A stretch of 62,899 nt of DNA, counting the filler, from Pirum gemmata (taxonomy: Eukaryota): NCBI GenBank assembly GCA_002812295.1. It is 10 parts of 10 records of this genome, joined end to end, with 100 filler letters (N's around TTAATTAATTAA, not from the genome) between each part and the next. Parts side by side here need not be neighbours in the genome. Positions count along the whole stretch, not along the records: positions 50,361 to 56,563 come from PDIN01000328.1; positions 56,664 to 62,899 come from PDIN01000329.1; 8 more parts are not named here. One strand, given 5' to 3'. Below, piece by piece: positions 51,484-62,899 of the stretch (position 1 is its first letter; every line of letters starts with the position of its first letter). The position numbers and the translations under genes are program-made. The notes beneath the pieces were generated by a model that was given only the letters and a program-made list of their open reading frames with translations, was not told where the DNA came from and did not search any database.

Positions 51484-53600
51484 TAAATAAAAAGTAAAAA
51501 CAGGATCATAGAAATACTAACTATTATTATTGTGCATTTCATTTATTTTGTCACTAAATATTTATTTGGGGGGTTATAATCTTTAAATTAGCATTTTTAA
51601 ATCAATATATAGATAACAAAATATGCCAAATTAAATTAAATGGATGTATATTATATTAATTTGGTACTATTTATTATTATATTATGATGACAAAGCAAAT
51701 GAAAAGCACTATATATCGATATGATATGATAAGGGAACAAACACATTCATAAAGGATATCACTTATTCTTCGACAGAAGTTATTTTTTGAAAATGTGACT
51801 TAAACTGTTTTAGGCAGTAATTAAGTATTAAAATGAACTTTAAAATTATGACCAAAAGTGTTTTGGACAAAGAGACATAGGTAATATTAGGTGACGTCAT
51901 TTATGGATGATTCCTTAGAGACAGCCCACTATCATGATAGTATCATGATACTAAGTATCATATGATAACTCTAGTTAGGAGACCACCGGTATCGTCGTGT
52001 TTTTCAATAGTGTATGTTGCCAGTTTTAAAACTAAATCAAATCAAATTATTATTATGGTTTCTTAAAAACTATCCGACATCTTCTAAGTAATTTTGTATT
52101 TTATACTTTTAATGTTGTATTTTATAAACCACTTCAATTACGGTATACACTCAAAAAAACTATCAAAATTAAAGCTCCCCTGTTTTCCTCACTTTTTTCT
52201 CCAGCTTTTTTTTTTTACCAAATAAAATAATAAAATTTCCTAAATTAATATATTCATGAGTAGCATCTATATTTAGTAATGATAAATAAATGGCATCTTT
52301 TTGATGACTAGTTATTGATGATGTATTTTAACTCGAGGAGTCGCTTTTTTCAAGATATCGAGTTTTTGCTAGCGAGTTTTTGACTGTGTCGTCGTTGTAT
52401 GCTTTTCATTTATTTTGTCACTCCGAATATTTATTTGGTTGTTTATAATATTTAAATTGATACTTTTAAAAAATAAATATATAATAAAATTTATATTGTA
52501 TTAATTGGGTACTATTTATTGTATATTTTATGACGACAAAATAACTGAAAAGCATGATAGTTACCTCGATAGTTAATTACTACTATCACTATCTAGACTA
52601 GTTAGTTACTACTAGTACTAGTAGATATTTCAATCAATACAGATTCGATAGTGTAGTGATTTCAGATCAAGCTGTGCTCGAATGGTGTTAGTGAGAATTT
52701 TGCTCGATCGAAAAAAAAAAAAAAACTAGATATTATATTTTCTAGTATACATAATACATTACCACTTGATTTGACAATGGAGCATTATTTCTGACAACTT
52801 GCAAATAAACGTCTAGCTAGTAGTTAGTATCAATGTATCATAGTCTAACTGACTCTAACAGTTTTTTGTCTATCACAGTTGTCTATCATAACAGCCCGAC
52901 TTTAACTTAGTATGATACCGTAGGTATCAATAGCGCTAGTAAGGGTAGTATCCCATAGTTATCGATAGTTATCGGCTATCATCGATCGATATTGATAGTC
53001 GTTTATTAATTAACTAATAGCGTTTATTAACTGTTTTAACTCTGTTAGATTATAAAATACACACAACATTTTATTATCAATATTATAATTGATATCTTTA
53101 CCTCATCGATAGTTGGAATAGACTTTAACTCTAGCTAGTAGGCAGACTCTATTACCGTTGTCCTGTGCCTACTACTAGTTAACTTAGCATCGTCTTATTT
53201 CATTATGATACCGTTGTCCTTATCTTATACTGTTGTATTTGAATTTTGAAGAATAAGTTCAAACCCGTAAACAGTAATCGATAGATACTAAATTTTGTAG
53301 TTGTAGCTATCGATACTCCTAGCTAGCTAGACTAGCTAGCTGATATCATACTCTCTAGCTAGCTATCTTTACTTTGGTACTGTTTCATATTTTAATTGAA
53401 CTTTTTTATAAAATTAAATATTACTTAATAAATATCAAATTAGTTAAAAAATGTCCGATAGTTTCAATATAAAATAATTTGTTATGTTCAACTGAACAAA
53501 ACTAATCATCTAGTTTTACCTTAGCTCTAGTAGCTAGCTAGGCTAGCTAGTAGACTATCATAGTCCTAGTATCATAGTCTACCTTGGCTAGTTTTTTATA

Positions 53601-53729
53601 GGGTTTACCGGTAGTTAGGGTTAGGGTTAGGGTGGTTAGGGTTAGGGTTAGGGTTAGGGTTAGGCAGGGTTTACCGGTAGTTAGGGTTAGGGTTAGGGTG
53701 GTTAGGGTTAGGGTTAGGGTTAGGGTTAG
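53601..53729 (+). repeat. duplicated 66-bp unit built of GGGTTTACCGGTAG plus TTAGGG repeats
   Basis: Two copies, each with the same GGGTGGTTAGGG variant. Confidence 0.85.
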
Positions 53730-53874
53730 CAAAAATCTGCAAAAATATCCTGAAACATCTAATAGTTATAAACCAATCATGAAGCAGATTTTGTTCTCCA
53801 GAAAAAAAAAGAAAATAATCAGCTAGCTAGAGTTAGTAGCTAGCTAGAGTAGCTAGACTTTAGCAGCTATACTA

Positions 53875-54195
53875 TCGATATCGATATCGACTCGATTACT
53901 TTTTTTATTTCGATAAATATCGAAAAAATATCGATATTGACTTTCAAATATTCGATATTTATCGAAAAAATATCGATATTGACTTTCAAATATTCGATAT
54001 TTATCAAAAAAATNTTTTTTTATTTCGATAAATATCGAAAAAATATCGATATTGACTTTCAAATATTCGATATTTATCGAAAAAATATCGATATTGACTT
54101 TCAAATATTCGATATTTATCGAAAAAATATCGATATTGACTTTCAAATATTCGATATTTATCAAAAAAATTCAAATATTCGATATTATCGACTGA
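53875..54195 (+). repeat. 39-bp tandem minisatellite rich in ATCGAT/TCGA
   Basis: Core tatcgatattgactttcaaatattcgatatttatc repeated about 5 times with 39-bp spacing; no unique spacers. Confidence 0.9.
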
Positions 54196-54701
54196 TAGTA
54201 ATAGTATCGATAGCTATCGATAGAGAGTAGCTAGTAGAGTCCCGATTATTGATAGTTATATTATATAATCCAAAAAGCGACGTAAGTGCTACCAGTCGGG
54301 TGTGATAGTCTTTTAAAAAATAGAACTGGTGCCGTCAAGTGCCGTCAAGTCTCAAATTTATTTTGTCGCTCTTATTTTGTCGCTCTGAATATTTATTTGG
54401 TTTGTTATATGAGAACTTATATCGATTATGAATTTATGATATCAATAATACTTTTTAATTTATATCACAGATTTATATCATATAATATAATATTAGTCTG
54501 CATTAATATCGATAGATAGATAATATAATATACCTTTACATTGTGTTGATTTGGTGCTGATATGTTTTATGATGACAAAACAACTGGAAAGCACGATATG
54601 TAGCCCCCTCTACGGTTGACTTATCGATAGACGGTTGACTACTACTCCTAGCTAGCTACTAGTTAGTATGATAGCTATGATAGCTAGAGTCTATATCCTA
54701 A

Positions 54702-54836
54702 GGGATCGTTCAAATAATACGTCACGTCAAGGGGTAGGTAGGTAGGTGGTATTTGACCGGAAATTAACGTCGAGAGGTAGGTAGGTAGGGGGTATTTGAA
54801 GCTGTATTTGACGGGAAATTGGTGTTACGTAGTATT
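54702..54836. mobile_element. Harbinger-like MITE family B, one end eroded
   Basis: TAA|GGGATCGTTCAAATAATACGTCACG..., collinear with 61024-61171. Confidence 0.8.
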
Positions 54837-56300
54837 ATTAATACGCGGGTCTATATCATATTATCATAAGTGTGTATGTATATACCACAATAATTTGTTT
54901 TTGTCACTCGGAATACTTATGTATATTTATTTGGTGGTTTATAACCTTTAAATTGATATTTTTAAACGAAAAGTAGATGATAAAATATACCAAATTTTAA
55001 ATAAAATGGATTTATATTGTATTGATTTGGTACTCTTTATTGTATATTTTATTATGACAAAATAACTGAAAAGCACTGTAATATCATATTTAATATCATA
55101 CCTAGCTAGCTAGTATCATAATATGACTCAGTCCTAATCCTACCTAGCTAGGTCTGTAGTAGACAATAACCCTTTCCTAACCTAACCTCTACTATCCTCT
55201 TCTGGTCTAGCTAGAGAAACGTTAACGTTATTATCAACAACAAGCTTTTAAGTCTAGACCTAACTTTAATTATAATTAATCTTTATCCTAACCTCAACTC
55301 TAACACTAACACATAACCACGTGATCCAAAAAATTTATCTCATTATGAATAATATATTAATTATATATTATATATCTAATATATAATTTGTGTTTGTGTT
55401 CTTATTATCAAGATCATGCCTTGCTATCTTTGCTAACTATTAGAGAACAGCAATAGTATATATTATATGAAATAAACTGAAAACCTTAATAATTAATTGA
55501 AATTTAAAGTATTTATATTTTAAAGGTATTATACTGATTATGCTATTAATGTTATTAATAATGGTATAATTTTTCAAAAGCTATGAATAATAATAACGAA
55601 ACAGCGATAGTTTCATGAGTCATGATAGTATCAATAGTAAAAATATTATGCAGGATATAATATTTTTTTTTTTTATGATATATATGATATGCATAAAAAA
55701 AAAATAGTAACTCCTGCCAAAGACAACCCAAAGGCTACTATATTAAATAGTACTATTAGAGTAGCTAGCTATGATAGCTAGCTAGCTAGAGTGATACTAT
55801 CATATCATAGTCTATAAATTTTACTAGAAACCAAAAACCGAGTGAACGCTTGTGAACGCTGTACCATGACCTGACCATGACTACCATCGCTACAGCTATC
55901 ACTAACTACCCTACCAACAGCATCACTCCCATAATCAATCGATAGACTAGTTAGACATTTATTTTTTTTTAAAAAAATAATAGATCTACACAGACTACAC
56001 TCACAACTGAGACGGTGAGTCGGTGACTGAGTAGAGACTCTACCATTGCACGTGTATTTTGAGTTGTGTTCGAGTTGTGTGCCTGTACAGACTACAGTAC
56101 TGTGTGTGTATCATATTTTACAGTTTTTTACTGCCTACTAGTCTATGTGTGACACACAGTGTGTCCGATACAGCTTGTCTGTCACTGTTTACTGCTGTGT
56201 GCTAGGTGTGCTACGTGCAAGCGTGCTCAAGCCTAGGTGCTCAAGCCGAGGTTCAAGCCTCATGGTACTTTTGTTTTTCTTTTTTTCTTGTTTTTTTTCA

Positions 56301-56348
<48 letters not shown>

Positions 56349-56663
56349 TATCCCCCATTTTAGTAGGTAGACCGACTGCTGCGTGACTATTTTTAAAATA
56401 CTGTATCAATATCTCAGATCAATCAATATCTACTGCCGTAAAGTTTGCAAGCAAAGAGGCTCCACATAATCGTATACCCCTACAGCAGTAGTAGTATATA
56501 ACCTCATAAATAAATTGATAATAATAATAATAATAATAAAATAATAATAATAATAATGTAATANNNNNNNNNNNNNNNNNNNNNNNNNNNNNNNNNNNNN
56601 NNNNNNNTTAATTAATTAANNNNNNNNNNNNNNNNNNNNNNNNNNNNNNNNNNNNNNNNNNNN

Positions 56664-56702
<39 letters not shown>

Positions 56703-56954
56703 ACGGAAATAAATATTAATACTGTATTGAGTTAAAATAGTAATACCAAAATGTAAAATAATTTCTGGAAAAGCTTTGTTTTTTACTTTTTACGAGTGAA
56801 AACTGTTTTTGGTGGCTATATTTATTATTTTTTTATACAGATATATCAATATTATAATATACATGTAACATATCTGTATATTCATCATATGATAAATTTA
56901 TTATGATATGACATATTATTATAAATAAATAGCAGGTAGAGTAGTGTTGTGGAA

Positions 56955-59771
<2,817 letters not shown>

Positions 59772-60019
59772 ACTACCACGTGGTAGACCTATGATATCAA
59801 CTATTATCATATAATAATATCATAAATAAAGTAACATTCATCAATGACGTCACTCTTTGAAATATCCTTTTTCGAGATTTACATTTTAATGGATTAGATC
59901 GCAGTCTAAAAGCTTAAAATTTTCATCTGATAATGTCATAAGGCGGTGAAGTCTGTGGTACTTATAATAACGTCATTAATGAATTTTTCCATGTACCAGG
60001 AGTATCGATAATACACTTT

Positions 60020-60020
<1 letters not shown>

Positions 60021-60107
<87 letters not shown>

Positions 60108-60290
60108 CTAGTACTACTACTACTACTATTAATACTACTACTTATAATTACTACTACTTACTACTACTTTACTACTACTACTACTTACTGTTAACATTTT
60201 AATACTACTATCGATACTACTACTACTACTATAGCCACTACTATTACTATTACTACTAGTTCTACTACTACTACTACTATTCATACTATT
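60021..60290. repeat. (TAC)n microsatellite
   Basis: Read directly; a similar tract at 34710-34895. Confidence 0.95.
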
Positions 60291-60525
60291 TTACTTTTTT
60301 CCTGCAGAGAATTTCAATCCATGGCGTTTTGATAATTGTAAAAATATTTTAAGATTTATTGTATATTAAAACTCAATGTGAATATTTTTATTTAATTTCT
60401 TGGATTAATATTTAAAATAGATCGATATTCTAGAATATCGTTTTATTATTATGACAATAATCTACGCTAAAAAAAAAATTCTTTTTGGTATCATAAACGT
60501 GAGAATTTTTTTTAGCTAAGGTAAA

Positions 60526-60935
60526 ATTGTATTGTTGAATTGTTGTATTGTTGTATTGTTGTATTGTTGTATTGTTGTATTGTTGTATTGTTGTATTGTT
60601 GTATTGTTGTATTGTTGTATTGTTGTATTGTTATATTGTTGTATTGTNNNNNNNNNNNNNNNNNNNNNNNNNNNNNNNNNNNNNNNNNNNNNNNNNNNNN
60701 NNNNNNNNNNNNNNNNNNNNNNNNNNNNNNNNNNNNNNNNNNNNNNNNNNNNNNNNNNNNNNNNNNNNNNNNNNNNNNNNNNNNNNNNNNNNNNNNNNNN
60801 ATTATTGTATTATTGTATTGTTGTATTGTTGTATTGTTGTATTGTTGTATTGTTGTATTGTTGTATTGTTGTATTGTTGTATTATTGTATTATTGTATTA
60901 TTGTATTGTTGTATTGTTGTATTGTATTGTTGTAT
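60526..60935. repeat. (TTGTATTG)n 8-bp tandem repeat with N gap
   Basis: Read directly; gives LLYCCIVV in three frames. Confidence 0.95.
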
Positions 60936-61023
60936 TAATATTGCATTAATATTGTTATCATAATAATACTAGAATATAATAATCATATCATATGAGGTAA
61001 AAAACTCCTCCTATCATAGCTAA

Positions 61024-61171
61024 GGGAGCATTCAAATAATACGTCACGTCAAGGGATAGGTAGGTAGGTGGTATTTGACCGGAAATTGACGTCGAGGGGT
61101 AGGTAGGTAGGTAGGGGTATTTGAAGCTGTGTTTGACCAGAAGTTGGCGTTACGTAGTATTGAACGCTCCC
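61024..61171. mobile_element. Harbinger-like MITE family B, short form
   Basis: GGGAGCATTCAAATA...TATTGAACGCTCCC flanked by TAA and TTA. Confidence 0.85.
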
Positions 61172-61187
61172 TTATAATAAAAAACGG

Positions 61188-61416
61188 TAGGGGTGAGATA
61201 TCTACTGGAACTTTTTTCGAACAGATGCTTATCGAGCCAACCTTAGTTCGTGTTTCTTACTAAAAATAACAGTTAAATAGCTTAAAAATAGTAAATCTAA
61301 TATACTATATACCAATTTAAGTAGTAGTATTAACATTAATAGTAATAATAACCATAAAATCGGAAAAGTTCCGACAGATGCTGGGTAATAATAAAATGAC
61401 GTCATCTCACCCCCTA
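61188..61416 (-). mobile_element. MITE family C copy
   Basis: TAGGGGTGAGAT...ATCTCACCCCCTA. Confidence 0.85.
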
Positions 61417-61620
61417 CTTAAAAAAAAAACTCTCTATACTATAGGTAAAATTAAAAAAACTCTTACTCCCACTCTTGGCTTTTTTATTGGATAACAATTT
61501 CGTTACACCTAAAAATAGAGTTTTATTACTATATATGTATTGTAATGGCAATATAATTTTTAGATATAATTTTGCCTATAAAATTTTGCTCTCGGATCCG
61601 GTCCCCGGATTCGCCCAAAA

Positions 61621-61805
61621 TACTCCCACAATCTTATTTTTCATCATATAAAATTCCCATCTGAACCACTCAGATGTCCATAAAAAAGTCTTATTTACCC
61701 AACTAAAGAAACTAAATAACTTTTTCAGAATTCAGACTCAGATGTCCATAAAAAAGCCTTATTTACCCAACTAAAGAAACTAAATAACTCTTTCAGAATT
61801 CAGAG

Positions 61806-61848
<43 letters not shown>

Positions 61849-61955
61849 GTACTCCCACAATCTTACTTTTCATCATATAAGATTCCCATCTGAACTATTC
61901 AGATGGCCATAAAAAAGCCTTATTTACCCAACTAAAGAAACCAAACAGCTCTTTC
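61621..61955 (+). repeat. local direct repeats (tcagatgtccataaaaaagccttatttacccaactaaagaaac x3)
   Basis: Units at about 61669, 61738 and 61899; the longer unit starts tactcccacaatctta at 61621 and 61850. Confidence 0.85.
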
Positions 61956-62748
61956 ATTTTTTAAAAAATCAATGATAATCATGTGACACGTGTCAAAAAA
62001 CTTTTTTTGATCAAACCAATGAATGTAGGGTCGAGTGTCTGGGGTTCTTGATAGGTTGATATCATAAAAGCTATAATATATCTGATAGTAGTCTAGTTAG
62101 GTAGTAACTAGATAGTCTACTAAGTAAACAGTGCTTTTCAGTTTTTTTGTCATTATAAAATAAACAATAAATAGTATCAAATTAATCTCACGATTGTCAT
62201 TCTCTATTTTAAAATAATAATAATAATAATTAAAATAAATAAATAAATAAATAAATAAAAAAAAATTAAAAAAAAAACAGGATGTTCAGTGTGTACGATA
62301 GTAGTATAGTCTGTATCGATTTATATATATTATAATGGACCAAATATTACACCCACGAAAACGAGATTATGTAACTCGCAGAGTTGAATAGTAAACATCA
62401 AGTAATAAATAGAAAACTTATGATTTTAATTTTTTAATTTTTTAAAATTAATAAGTATTTCAGCCCTTCTTAGGGTCAGGGTTAGGGTTGGGGTTAGTCC
62501 TAGAGTTAGTCTATTAGGGTTATTAGGGTTATTAGGGTTATTAGGGTTAGGATAACAAGGATTTTTCTTTTTTTTAAAATAATCATTGTCTATAATTATA
62601 ATAGATTTTTTATTTATTTTATTTATTTATTTATTAGGCTATTAGAAATCAATTTTTTTTTTATTAGTCTATGACATTGTAGAGTCTGATAAAAAAAAAA
62701 AAGACTTTTTTTCTAAAAACCTTTTTTTAAAAAATTAAAATACTAACT

Positions 62749-62899
62749 AGCCAAATTATTTTAAAAACTAGCCATTGGCTCATAATAGAGTTTTCTTAGT
62801 TATATCATTTCTTAAACTTTGGTAGTACTTTTATTAAAATTGGATCATTTTGAGATTTTTTGGATTTTTGAGCTCATATGGCGGATGTTGCCATTTTTA
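62749..62899 (+). repeat. dispersed repeat family E copy (empty site)
   Basis: Collinear with 5295-5858 minus the MITE and one TTA. Confidence 0.75.

Noticed and set aside
53875..54195. 39-bp repeat as a CRISPR array or repeat-protein ORF
   Set aside because: Units are contiguous without unique spacers, no cas genes are present, the context is eukaryotic, and ORFs on both strands simply reflect a unit length divisible by three.
6196..56663. Regular 6.2-kb periodicity and TTAATTAATTAA palindromes as a biological array or IES boundary
   Set aside because: Identical 100-bp N-padded six-frame stop linkers: an assembly concatenation artefact. Gene neighbourhoods across them are meaningless.
60532..60963. 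Low-complexity ORFs (LLYCCIVV, RVRVRV, poly-L/V/N/K/F) throughout the ORF track
   Set aside because: Translations of microsatellites, telomere-like tracts and homopolymers.

Overview
This is not one contiguous locus. It is ten unrelated scaffolds of about 6.1-6.3 kb joined by artificial 100-bp spacers (N44-TTAATTAATTAA-N44, a six-frame stop linker), so adjacency across spacers has no biological meaning. The DNA is from a very AT-rich eukaryote with GT-AG introns, TTAGGG-type repeats and the standard genetic code; the species cannot be determined from the sequence. Genes: a tRNA-Ala(UGC); a spliced divergent histone H3 resembling CenH3/CENP-A; a large exon encoding a VWA domain plus about 18 spondin-type TSP1 repeats; a thermolysin (M4)-like C-terminal domain with a Ser/Thr stalk and hydrophobic tail; and two small spliced genes of unknown function. 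Mobile DNA: a young Ty1/copia gag-PR-IN ORF with an extra upstream ORF, an intron-containing hAT transposase pseudogene with its right end, at least four MITE families (about 21 copies of one), and decayed LINE-like DNA. The most unusual signal is the pervasive TAGCTA/TATCATA/TAGTCTA/TACGGTA low-complexity DNA. Comparing repeat copies within the window shows these words arising as short palindromic insertions at TA sites, which resemble accumulated transposon excision footprints.
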